Virus record (IMG/VR): IMGVR_UViG_3300031758_000006
Source of the DNA: a virus
Length of the DNA stretch: 64,000 nt
Reading direction: 5' to 3' (one strand)
Positions 50,217 through 59,364 of the stretch are shown here, in pieces. The notes beneath the pieces were generated by a model. It was not told the origin of the DNA and ran no database searches. It was given only the letters and a program-made list of their open reading frames with translations. Made by a program: the position numbers and the translations under genes. Numbering within the stretch: the first letter of the stretch is position 1; each line of letters opens with the position of its first letter.

Positions 50217-51344
50217 ATGGCAATAATTCAAGAACCTGAAAGAAGTAAATTGTACACCCAAATAAGACATTTACTTGGTGCTCCACAAAGAAGTGTTGAG
50301 TTGGAGGACGAACAAATGGACACACTGTTGGAATTCTCAATCGATGAATATTCACAATACATCCAAGACTGGTTAATTGAATCCCAATGGACAAATTTAT
50401 ATAATCTAAACATGGATACTCAGTCATTGTCAAGAGCGTTCACAACTAGAAGTTTAGATTATGAAACAAGATATACTTACGCTTATTCAAAAATAGTTGG
50501 TCTTCAGGCCGGTGGTGATTACGTTTTGAAAAAAGATTACATCCAATTAGTACCTAATCAACAAATATATGAAATCCCAGCTAATAGGGAATTAAATGAG
50601 TTACTTTGGTTTACACCAGCTGAGTTAAATAACACTATGTTTGACCCTTGGTCATTTGGTGCTTTAGGTGTCGGTGGTGGACTAGGTGGTGGTGGTGGAC
50701 TAGCACAGATGGGTAATATGGGTGGTAGTTACTTTATGATGCCGGTATTTGATATGTTATTACGAATGCAGGAAATTAACATTCAAAGAAGAATAATTGT
50801 TGGTGATTTAACGTATAGAGTTACAGCTTTACCTGATGGTAAAAAAGCTATTCACTTAATGAATACACCAGGTGGTAAGTTTGACTTCGGTAACTCAACA
50901 CTCACTAGAGGTAAAGTTTGGTATTGGTATTATGACGTTGGTCCTGAAGATAGGGACAAATGTTTAAAATTAAATCCAGACATCATTACAATGCCATCTG
51001 ACGTACCGTTTGATAGGATGAGTTGGGTTGACTTAAATAACCCATCACAGATCTGGGTTAGAAGATGGTTTATTGCTTATTGTAAAGAAACTTTAGCTAG
51101 GGTACGTGGTAAGTTTAGTGGGAATTTAAAAACTCCGGATGGTGATTTAACGATGGATTACACTTCATTAGCTACCGAAGCTAAAGATGAGAAAACAAAA
51201 TTAATCGAGGAACTTATTGGAGCTGAAGGTAGATTAACCAGACTTAAACCAGAAAAGGTTATGGAACGTGAGGCTTTAATCGCTGAAAATCTAAACAAAT
51301 CAATGAAGTTTAGAGCAATGCCAAGTCAAATTTATGTCATTTAA
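50217..51344 (+). CDS. Neck / head-tail adaptor protein (T4 gp13-like)
   Basis: IRHLLGAPQRSVELEDEQM...SIDEY and ETLARVRGKF..LKTPDG.LTMD motifs. Confidence 0.8.
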   Translation: MAIIQEPERSKLYTQIRHLLGAPQRSVELEDEQMDTLLEFSIDEYSQYIQDWLIESQWTNLYNLNMDTQSLSRAFTTRSLDYETRYTYAYSKIVGLQAGGDYVLKKDYIQLVPNQQIYEIPANRELNELLWFTPAELNNTMFDPWSFGALGVGGGLGGGGGLAQMGNMGGSYFMMPVFDMLLRMQEINIQRRIIVGDLTYRVTALPDGKKAIHLMNTPGGKFDFGNSTLTRGKVWYWYYDVGPEDRDKCLKLNPDIITMPSDVPFDRMSWVDLNNPSQIWVRRWFIAYCKETLARVRGKFSGNLKTPDGDLTMDYTSLATEAKDEKTKLIEELIGAEGRLTRLKPEKVMEREALIAENLNKSMKFRAMPSQIYVI

Positions 51345-51693
51345 AATAACAAACATATCACCAAGAAAAACCGTAATGAGAGGACCACAAAGTATAAGTG
51401 TACCAGTAAATAAAAAACCGGTTAGTAAAGTAGTTGACACACCAGAATATAAAGTATCAAATGAAACTTTATTAATTGTTCGAGGTACCCAAGAATCAAC
51501 AATAACTTTAAACTCGGTAGATAATCACATGATTATCGTTAAGTCATTAACAACGGTATTGGTTAAACCTGACATTGGTAAAATTGATGAGGAGTGGGAC
51601 GAACTAATGATGGAAAAAGGTTCGTGTGTACAATTATTTTTTGTCGATGGTAATTGGTACATACTATCATCAGATGGACTGAAGATAGATTAA
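51334..51693 (+). CDS. Hypothetical beta-rich virion-associated protein (119 aa)
   Basis: Overlaps the gp13-like stop; C-terminal GSCVQLFFVDGNWYILS. Confidence 0.6.
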   Translation: MSFKITNISPRKTVMRGPQSISVPVNKKPVSKVVDTPEYKVSNETLLIVRGTQESTITLNSVDNHMIIVKSLTTVLVKPDIGKIDEEWDELMMEKGSCVQLFFVDGNWYILSSDGLKID

Positions 51694-54627
51694 GTCACCC
51701 TCATCCACATATTTTAACATAACTGGGTCAGCGTCTTTGTACATGTGGTAAGGACTAACACCCACTTTTTCCCAAAAAAATCTTTCATCTTTTGTTATAT
51801 ACATAACATCCCTATCTAGATCATCCTGATCTTTCTGTTCAAATGGTTGACCGTTTATTAGTTGGGATTGTTCTTTAGTAAAGAAAGATCTATCTTCAGG
51901 TTTTGTTACCAATATGGAATCACGGATTTCTGTTTTAAACACAACTAGTAGTGGTTCCACTCGTTTGTTAAATGTAGATACAGCTCTTGGTATGTTGTAT
52001 TCCCCTAACATTCCCGGATTATTTTCCAAGTCTGACGGATCAATTCTATAACAATTAAGTTGTATAACCGAATCTGAACTAGACGATCTATACGCTACAT
52101 CTGTTGGTACTCCGGTGTTAGATTCTTTATTTTTAGAGTCACTACGTACCCAGTTATCGTCTGACCAGGATTTTTCCCAACCATTGTTTAATAAGTATTG
52201 TTCTTTATTCTTATAATCAGATCTTTCACCTTCTGAAAAGAACAATCTTACCTGTTCCTCACTCCACCCCCTCTTTGGTCTATTAACTTTCTGAACATCC
52301 CCCTGGGAAACTTTTGTTCCATTATTAACATAATAAATAACATCACCTAGACTTACATTTAAATTATCTTTAATAACAAGTTCCATGTGAGCTTGTCTAG
52401 ACATTAAACTACCAGCTTTTGTTCTTTGTGTACTACGTATTTTGTAATCCTTTACGGTTTGTTTTATCCTACCCTTATTAGCGATCTCAGATAATGGTAT
52501 TTTCTGATCACAAATCTTTTGTAAGTACTCATAGTACCACTCAATAAATTCCTGACCCTTACCATCTAATAATAACTTAATACCTTTTTCTAAGAATACC
52601 TCAATGTATTTTGGCATCTTCTTAGACTTAATACTATTACCAGTTAACTTTATTTTTCCTTTAGCTGTGATAAGAGCGTAGTTCTTTCTAGATAAATTAA
52701 TACACGCTGGCCATTGACCATCAGTGTCTAGAGCCATTTCACCTCTCATCGCTAGGTCGTTAAACTCCATCACATCAGCTTCCTCACCAACATATTCCTT
52801 ACCCTCAACGACTTTCCAGTTTAACCCCTTACCGACGTATCTTCTGGATTCAGTACCATCAGGTACCGAAAAGTTAATACCATCGGTATCCATCACCAAC
52901 GGGACATACCCACGATCCATGAAGAAATGGATCATCATACGAAGATATTGTCTACCGGTACATGTGATCATTTCACCTTTATCGATATCAGCCCAGTGAA
53001 ATACTTGTGGAGCTGATAACGCACCAAACATGGAGTTAATGAAAATCTTAACTGGTAATTGTTTACGGTCAAATGATAATGATTTTTTCTTATCTATTGT
53101 TGAATACTCTTCAGCTAAGTTTTTATACATAATACGAGAGTTCCTAAAGTAAGATAATAAACCTTTCATAACTCCAGTCACATCACACTCCGGGAATACA
53201 TCGTGAACTAATTGGATTGACGGGTATAGTGAAGAGTAGTCAAGTTTTAATACATTTCTGGAGTACCCGGTTTTTATTAACCTAGATAATCCACCGACAA
53301 ATTCACGTCTTTCTTGTTTACCTGGAACAGCTAATCCATTTTTATATGACCAAGCCAACATTAATATTTTCCATAGAGTAGCGGTACCCATGGTGGACAC
53401 CCTCTCATATGTGGTTGGTAGTAATGACGCGAGAAGAAAAGATCCCTGATTATATTCATCATCAACCAATAATGTTTCTTCTAAGTCATCATCAAGATAC
53501 CTCTCAACAATATCATCACCAGTTGTTTTTATGTATGTGTCAGACCTTCTTTCACACACCTCATCGACATTCGGATCAACACCAACCTTTTTATAATTAC
53601 CATTTTTAATGTTTAACCAATATTCTTCCTTATCCCTATACATTGGACCAATTCTAGTATGGTCAATATAGATTCGATCTTCAGCTTCAGCGTCAATAAA
53701 TTTTGTGATATACTTAAGACCGGCTTCCTTAATGTTTGAGTTAATCGCTTGAGCTCTACGAACTGAATGTAGTATGTCAATAACATTATAACCCCATATC
53801 TGAGTCTGGGGGAATTTCTCAACCTCATTAGCTAATTTTAGTAATGAATCTTTTTGTGATATTGATTTATCTTTGGACAATGACTTACATATTCTTTTAA
53901 TATCTAAGTTTAACATTTTACACCTTTCAAATATCCAATTCCAGTCAAAGTTAAATGAGTTGTACCCAGCTACTATTGATGGTTTAATCTCGTCAATAAT
54001 TCTAAAGAATTCGGTAATTCCTCTTCTTTCTTCATCCTCATCAGAACACTCAATTACTTTTTTGTATCCTTTATTTGTTTTAATTCCTATCATGAATATA
54101 CGACCGTCTTTAGGTTCTAGAGCGGTCGTCTCCAAGTCGAATACAAGTCTAGTGATATCATTGTATTCTTCAAAACCTTTAAATAATCTTTTTTCTTTTG
54201 ATATTAAGTATTGTTCTACCGGATTTAGAACTAATATTCTATCCTTAGTATTTTCACCCCAAGGATCCAATCCACCATCTCTAAAGAACTGAATCAAGGA
54301 CCTGTAACCTTTTAATGATTTAACCATGAATGTTAATCCAGATTCCAGTCTTTCATTCCCATCGGTACGTAATTTTTCAATCATTATACCGTACTTGGTC
54401 ATAGCTTGTTTTTGTAAATCCTTTGACGAGTTGTAGAAGTTTAAACCTCTTAAGTCACCCACCCAAGCGAACGCTATTAATGTGTCTCGTTGGACTGTTT
54501 TACCCTTACCGGGTACTTCTTTAATTTTGTAAATGTGATCTGATTTGTGATCAAACTCTACGGAAACAATATATTCTTCCGGGTCGTTTCCTTCTAGGAA
54601 ATTTTTAATTTCTTCTTGTGATATCAT
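51670..54627 (-). CDS. polB: DNA polymerase, family B, with a 3'-5' exonuclease domain
   Basis: Exo motifs FDLETT and GYNSFNFD; polymerase motifs LDYSSLYPS, KIFINSMFG and MDTDG. Confidence 0.93.
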   Translation of the reverse strand: MISQEEIKNFLEGNDPEEYIVSVEFDHKSDHIYKIKEVPGKGKTVQRDTLIAFAWVGDLRGLNFYNSSKDLQKQAMTKYGIMIEKLRTDGNERLESGLTFMVKSLKGYRSLIQFFRDGGLDPWGENTKDRILVLNPVEQYLISKEKRLFKGFEEYNDITRLVFDLETTALEPKDGRIFMIGIKTNKGYKKVIECSDEDEERRGITEFFRIIDEIKPSIVAGYNSFNFDWNWIFERCKMLNLDIKRICKSLSKDKSISQKDSLLKLANEVEKFPQTQIWGYNVIDILHSVRRAQAINSNIKEAGLKYITKFIDAEAEDRIYIDHTRIGPMYRDKEEYWLNIKNGNYKKVGVDPNVDEVCERRSDTYIKTTGDDIVERYLDDDLEETLLVDDEYNQGSFLLASLLPTTYERVSTMGTATLWKILMLAWSYKNGLAVPGKQERREFVGGLSRLIKTGYSRNVLKLDYSSLYPSIQLVHDVFPECDVTGVMKGLLSYFRNSRIMYKNLAEEYSTIDKKKSLSFDRKQLPVKIFINSMFGALSAPQVFHWADIDKGEMITCTGRQYLRMMIHFFMDRGYVPLVMDTDGINFSVPDGTESRRYVGKGLNWKVVEGKEYVGEEADVMEFNDLAMRGEMALDTDGQWPACINLSRKNYALITAKGKIKLTGNSIKSKKMPKYIEVFLEKGIKLLLDGKGQEFIEWYYEYLQKICDQKIPLSEIANKGRIKQTVKDYKIRSTQRTKAGSLMSRQAHMELVIKDNLNVSLGDVIYYVNNGTKVSQGDVQKVNRPKRGWSEEQVRLFFSEGERSDYKNKEQYLLNNGWEKSWSDDNWVRSDSKNKESNTGVPTDVAYRSSSSDSVIQLNCYRIDPSDLENNPGMLGEYNIPRAVSTFNKRVEPLLVVFKTEIRDSILVTKPEDRSFFTKEQSQLINGQPFEQKDQDDLDRDVMYITKDERFFWEKVGVSPYHMYKDADPVMLKYVDEGDLIYLQSI

Positions 54628-54650
54628 TTGTTAAATTTTGGTGTATTAGC

Positions 54651-54669
54651 TATCGTAACCTTTACGATA
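54651..54669 (-). promoter_or_regulatory. Perfect 8-bp inverted repeat in the polB 5' leader (candidate operator)
   Basis: TATCGTAA-AGG-TTACGATA, ending 23 nt before the ATG and downstream of the promoter. Confidence 0.5.
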
Positions 54670-54682
54670 TTTACCTTGACCA

Positions 54683-54714
54683 CAAAGATATAATAAAAAA
54701 ATAATTAAATCAAA
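54683..54714 (-). promoter_or_regulatory. Bacteroidota-type housekeeping promoter for polB
   Basis: Minus strand TTTG-N20-TATCTTTG matches the -33/-7 (TTTG / TAnnTTTG) consensus. Confidence 0.75.
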
Positions 54715-57441
54715 TTAAATCCAAGACATTTCAACCCCAGTCACATGAGCTGTCCATCTAATATTATCACTAGCAACCCCAGTCACTAAAATTTCTAATT
54801 GATCTAAAGTGTTATTTGCGGAAATAGAAACATTCCAAGCAGTATTATTTTCAACGTCGGTACCCACTGTTGAAACCGCCCCAATAAGTGTGGTGTTCCC
54901 ACCAACATTTTTAACAGCAACTTTTCTAATATAATGAGCTGAACAACCAACACCACATGGGAATGTTGCGTTTTCTTGAACAGCTGAAATTGATACCGTT
55001 AAAAATAAAGCTTTACCACTAGGTACTGTTAACCCTACTGTACTTGTTGGGTAATCTAAAAATAATTTAGTTGGTGTTGCTGTATTAGTTTTATTTGAAA
55101 GTAAAAACTCTACCTTTTGATTATCTCCCGGATTTGAAAACGTACCTATCGATAAACTTTGTTGACCATATCTGGATGTTAAAGCACCACAACCATAAGC
55201 TGTACTATATTCTGATTGTACTGTATTACATCTACCACCAATTATTGAACTATAAGTGGAATTTGAGGATATTCTATTTTGTATTCCGTTAATTATTGTA
55301 CTATAACAAGTCCCCCCAGATATAAAATTAAGTTGACCATTACCGATCATATTAACACATCCACCACTAAAAATGTAATTTAATGCACCACCGACAATTA
55401 TACTAGAATTTGACAAAATTGTATTACAAACACCACCATTAATTATACCATATATCGATGAACAACTAATTGTATTATGTATACCACCATTAATTGATGA
55501 CCCCGTTGTTCCTGTAAATACCGTATTTTTAGCCCCACTATTAATGTTTGAAAAACACGAGGATGATGCTACCGTGTTCCCACTACCCCCACCTATAAAT
55601 CCATGATCACCATTCAAACAGTTTGATACCCCACCACCAATAACACTATCCGTGGACATTACTGTATTTGTTGATCCACCACCAATAACAGATCTGGATC
55701 CTCTAAGGTTATTAAGTAATCCACCTAAAACTGAAGAATGGTTACCAATGTTTTGATTACTTTGACCACCAACAATAACACTACAACCACCTAATGATTG
55801 ATTACCTAAACCATTACCAACAAATGAATATTGACCGCAAGATTGATTACAATACCCACCAACAATTGATGAATAACAATTATCTGTTATGTTATTACAA
55901 CCACCACCAATAAATGAACAACAAGAGTTTAATTTGGTTAAGTTCTTTTCCCCTCCGGAAATGACAGAACTACCACCACATGATGTATTACAAATACCAC
56001 CACCAATCAAAGATTTTGTACCTGTTGACCATATTGTGTTTTTACAACCACCATTAATTACTGAACAAAAAGAGTACGATGTATTACATTCTCCACCACC
56101 TATCGTATTTAATACACCTTCACTGTAATTTAAAATACCACCAGATATTACACTCTTTGAAGTAGGACACATTATTTTATTTTGACATCCACCACCAATT
56201 ACTGAACAATCACTAGTCCCCCAAATTGTGTTTAAACACCCACCAGCAATTGTACCATTAGTGGATAAGATGGTGTTGTCATTTCCACCACCAATAACAG
56301 CCCCTCCAGACGATACCCAAACCACATTTGAATTACCTCCGTTTATGGAACTAACCGTTCCCTCAGATACATTAAAAATTCCACCGGTAATAACCGAACC
56401 AATACCATTTGATGTAATAATGTTTCCACTACCACCACCAATATTACCACCGGTCTCGATTGTGTTATTATCACCACCACCGATTGTTGACAAAGTACCA
56501 ATCGCAGTATTAGAACCACCGCCAGCTATGACTGAACATCTACCGTTTGATGTGTTTGATATTCCACCACCAATTACCGAAAAACAAACTGAAGCGGTAT
56601 TACAATACCCACCACCGATTGTTGTGGAACAACCTACAGATGTGTTATAATACCCACCAGTCACGTTACTATATATAGTATAAGAGGTATTACCCTCACC
56701 ACCAAGTACTGAAGAACAATCACCAAAAGAATTAGAATTTACATTTATTCTTTGTGTGGAATTAATACCAGTACCAACCTCATGTAAAATGTCTATCCCA
56801 GCTATTGATGCCGTAGTTGTTTGTGTATTTAAATCTAATGTACCAGTTGTTATGTCATAAGTTCCACCAGTTACATAGTGATCTGTATACCCAGTCACAA
56901 ATCCGGTTACAGTAAATGTACCACCAGTACTGTTTGTAAATTCAACATCGCCAGTATTTAAATCGTAAGTACCTCCTGTCACAAAAGTATCACCAAGTAA
57001 AGGCAACAGACTTACAGTATCACTAAACCCATCATTTCTAGTTATTGTCAAATCCATCGCTGGAGTTTGGAATGTTAGTCCAGTGAAATATGTGTCAGTA
57101 AATCCAGTTATGAGAAAATTACTACCATCATTATTTGTTAATGTTAATTCTTCGGTAATGTCATTATATGACCCACCGACAACGTATTGGTATCCAGGTA
57201 TAGTTATCGTACCACCGGTTGAGTTATTTAATTGTAGTAATCCTGAAGATGGGAAATATGTCCCACTTACAATATCCCCGCCAGAAGTAACCCCACTTAA
57301 AACATAAGGTAAAAACTGACTTAATGGTGTATGTTTTGTCGTACCACTAAATACATCATAGTTTACTATAGCTATTATGTCATTAGTTGTGTAGCCTGTG
57401 TTCCCAACGTAAGGTAACTGTGATATTCTTTTATCTGCCAT
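54715..57441 (-). CDS. Tail fibre / adhesin with Cys-rich GGxxN beta-roll repeats (908 aa)
   Basis: N-terminal KRISQLP; several VTGGTY repeats; dozens of ~14-aa IGGGxxN repeats (YadA-head-like); globular C-terminus. Confidence 0.75.
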   Translation of the reverse strand: MADKRISQLPYVGNTGYTTNDIIAIVNYDVFSGTTKHTPLSQFLPYVLSGVTSGGDIVSGTYFPSSGLLQLNNSTGGTITIPGYQYVVGGSYNDITEELTLTNNDGSNFLITGFTDTYFTGLTFQTPAMDLTITRNDGFSDTVSLLPLLGDTFVTGGTYDLNTGDVEFTNSTGGTFTVTGFVTGYTDHYVTGGTYDITTGTLDLNTQTTTASIAGIDILHEVGTGINSTQRINVNSNSFGDCSSVLGGEGNTSYTIYSNVTGGYYNTSVGCSTTIGGGYCNTASVCFSVIGGGISNTSNGRCSVIAGGGSNTAIGTLSTIGGGDNNTIETGGNIGGGSGNIITSNGIGSVITGGIFNVSEGTVSSINGGNSNVVWVSSGGAVIGGGNDNTILSTNGTIAGGCLNTIWGTSDCSVIGGGCQNKIMCPTSKSVISGGILNYSEGVLNTIGGGECNTSYSFCSVINGGCKNTIWSTGTKSLIGGGICNTSCGGSSVISGGEKNLTKLNSCCSFIGGGCNNITDNCYSSIVGGYCNQSCGQYSFVGNGLGNQSLGGCSVIVGGQSNQNIGNHSSVLGGLLNNLRGSRSVIGGGSTNTVMSTDSVIGGGVSNCLNGDHGFIGGGSGNTVASSSCFSNINSGAKNTVFTGTTGSSINGGIHNTISCSSIYGIINGGVCNTILSNSSIIVGGALNYIFSGGCVNMIGNGQLNFISGGTCYSTIINGIQNRISSNSTYSSIIGGRCNTVQSEYSTAYGCGALTSRYGQQSLSIGTFSNPGDNQKVEFLLSNKTNTATPTKLFLDYPTSTVGLTVPSGKALFLTVSISAVQENATFPCGVGCSAHYIRKVAVKNVGGNTTLIGAVSTVGTDVENNTAWNVSISANNTLDQLEILVTGVASDNIRWTAHVTGVEMSWI

Positions 57442-57477
57442 GTTCTTTATTATATAAATATTAATTATAATTAAAAA

Positions 57478-58095
57478 TTACTCCCCAATCCTAACCACCT
57501 CAAAATACGGCTGGTTAAAAAATGTATTATCAAATACTGGGTACCCTTGATTACCTACACCACCACTAGCACCACCATGTAAACAAACGATCCCGATCCA
57601 TTCGTTACCTAATGATGTATATATTTTTGAACCGGATTTTGTTGACTCACCATTCCCGGTTGTACCAATGAAACCTTGATCTAAGTATTCAATCTTTGTA
57701 CCTAGATCCCCACTACTTGATGTTGTTGAGGTTATCAAGGCCAACCTCAAAAAGTCAGTTCCGTCAGTCATATCGTAACTAGAGTACCTAGCTTTAATTA
57801 AATATCTACCGGGTAATATTAGTTCTATTTTACTGCTGGTTGGATTAAAAACCGACGGAGAAGTGTTAATTACGGTATTATTATACGGGACTAAAAACTC
57901 AACACCATTGGTCGTATTAGACAAACCAGAAGAACCATTAATGTTTATTTTACAATATGGGAACTGTAAATATTCGGTTATTGATGAAAATGGAGTGTGA
58001 TAAGTTGTTCCGGTTAATTCGATGGGGAATAGGGTATCCTCAGTTATATTAGTGAGTACTGGTAATTCACCGATTGTTTTTCCTGTTAGTGACAT
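57478..58095 (-). CDS. Short fibre/decoration protein with a C1q/BclA-like C-terminal domain
   Basis: N-terminal KTIGELP motif shared with the fibre; C-terminal VPYNNT...FN...IEL..PGRYLI pattern. Confidence 0.55.
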   Translation of the reverse strand: MSLTGKTIGELPVLTNITEDTLFPIELTGTTYHTPFSSITEYLQFPYCKININGSSGLSNTTNGVEFLVPYNNTVINTSPSVFNPTSSKIELILPGRYLIKARYSSYDMTDGTDFLRLALITSTTSSSGDLGTKIEYLDQGFIGTTGNGESTKSGSKIYTSLGNEWIGIVCLHGGASGGVGNQGYPVFDNTFFNQPYFEVVRIGE

Positions 58096-58107
58096 AATCT
58101 TATTTAT

Positions 58108-59337
58108 TTATATTGGGTTATTATATTTTAAGTAATTGTTTAAACCCACATTTAGATACGTATCACTGCCAACTATAATTGGATCGATAATATAATATGT
58201 GGATGTTGGGGTTACAGTTGGGGTTGGTGTTATAGTATTTGTTGGTGTTACGGTAGGTGTTACAGTTGGTGTTACAGTTGGTGTTATAGTATTTGTTGGT
58301 GTTACGGTAGGTGTATTTGTTGGTGTTACGGTAGGTGTATTTGTTGGTGTTACAGTTGGTGTTATAGTATTTGTTGGTGTTACAGTTGGTGTTACAGTTG
58401 GTGTTATGGTATTTGTTGGTGTTACAGTTGGTGTATTTGTTGGTGTTACAGTTGGTGTTACAGTTGGTGTTACAGTTGGTGTATTTGTTGGCGTTACAGT
58501 TGGTGTATTTGTTGGCGTTACAGTTGGTGTTACGGTAGGTGTATTTGTTGGTGTAGGTGATATTGGAAATATTTCCTCAATTTGCCAATTTAAATTTGAC
58601 GGGTCCGTAGTCACATCTGTAAATTGATCCACACGAGTTAAATTAGAGTAATCCTCACCCAGGTTAATTACTGTAGAACCAAAATTACTACCCTGTGATA
58701 TGGTAACACCGGTAGTTATTGTTATTGGTAAACCACTAAATACACCTAAATTGTGTGTAAAATTTAATGTGGTATCGATAATTACGGGTTTATTAGAAAA
58801 TAGATTATACGTTATGTTTACCGACCCGGGTAATACCGTAACCACCAATGTCAATTCCGTTGGTGTTTCGGGGTTTATAAAACAAAATTGAGTTGTTGTC
58901 GTTGTTATCACCGGGTTAGACGGTACACAACAAGGAAATTCCGAAACATAACATGAGTCGTACATCAAATCGTCAGAGATAAAACTATCCTGAACTGTTA
59001 TATATAATTTTTCCCTGATTGGTAATATTAAATTACCCTCATTTGTTTTTAATAAAAATTGTCCTTCATACCTACCAACACGATTTGTGTCTTTATTTGT
59101 GAACTGGTAATACACATAATATTCTGGACTAGCGTTTGGGTCTAACATTATTTTATTTACAAACCCAGCTGGTCTAGTTACTAACTTTGGTATCCCATTT
59201 TCAGTATCAATCATAGAGAAGAAAATGGACGATTCCTCAATAAGATCCATCATCTTATTGTAATCACTACGACCATCCTTCACTACTTGTAATTTTAAAA
59301 CCGGTAGTGTGGCATTTTTTTTAATGAAAAACTCCAT
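58108..59337 (-). CDS. BppU-like virion protein with a mucin-like Thr/Pro repeat
   Basis: N-terminal [14 protein letters not shown]...[17 protein letters not shown] resembles a BppU N-terminal domain; ~120-aa PTVT/PTNT repeat. Confidence 0.75.
   Translation of the reverse strand: MEFFIKKNATLPVLKLQVVKDGRSDYNKMMDLIEESSIFFSMIDTENGIPKLVTRPAGFVNKIMLDPNASPEYYVYYQFTNKDTNRVGRYEGQFLLKTNEGNLILPIREKLYITVQDSFISDDLMYDSCYVSEFPCCVPSNPVITTTTTQFCFINPETPTELTLVVTVLPGSVNITYNLFSNKPVIIDTTLNFTHNLGVFSGLPITITTGVTISQGSNFGSTVINLGEDYSNLTRVDQFTDVTTDPSNLNWQIEEIFPISPTPTNTPTVTPTVTPTNTPTVTPTNTPTVTPTVTPTVTPTNTPTVTPTNTITPTVTPTVTPTNTITPTVTPTNTPTVTPTNTPTVTPTNTITPTVTPTVTPTVTPTNTITPTPTVTPTSTYYIIDPIIVGSDTYLNVGLNNYLKYNNPI
58199..58560. 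repeat. Coding tandem repeat of 12-bp (PTVT/PTNT) and 18-bp (PTNTIT) units
   Basis: Near-perfect GGTGTTACAGTT / GGTGTATTTGTT iterations on the plus strand. Confidence 0.95.
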
Positions 59338-59364
59338 TTAATGTTTTTAATATAAATATATTAA

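Noticed and set aside
16045-54627. Inteins or introns in RNR, DnaB, RecA, SNF2 or PolB
   Set aside because: Lengths are ordinary, catalytic motifs are contiguous, and no intein C/S...HN or homing endonuclease motifs were seen.
54715-57441. Diversity-generating retroelement target in the tail fibre
   Set aside because: No reverse transcriptase and no template/variable repeat pair differing at adenines seen in the window.
58199-58627. Plus-strand 142-aa VGVT-repeat ORF
   Set aside because: Antisense shadow of the PTVT repeat; the minus-strand gene has a recognisable domain and upstream motif.
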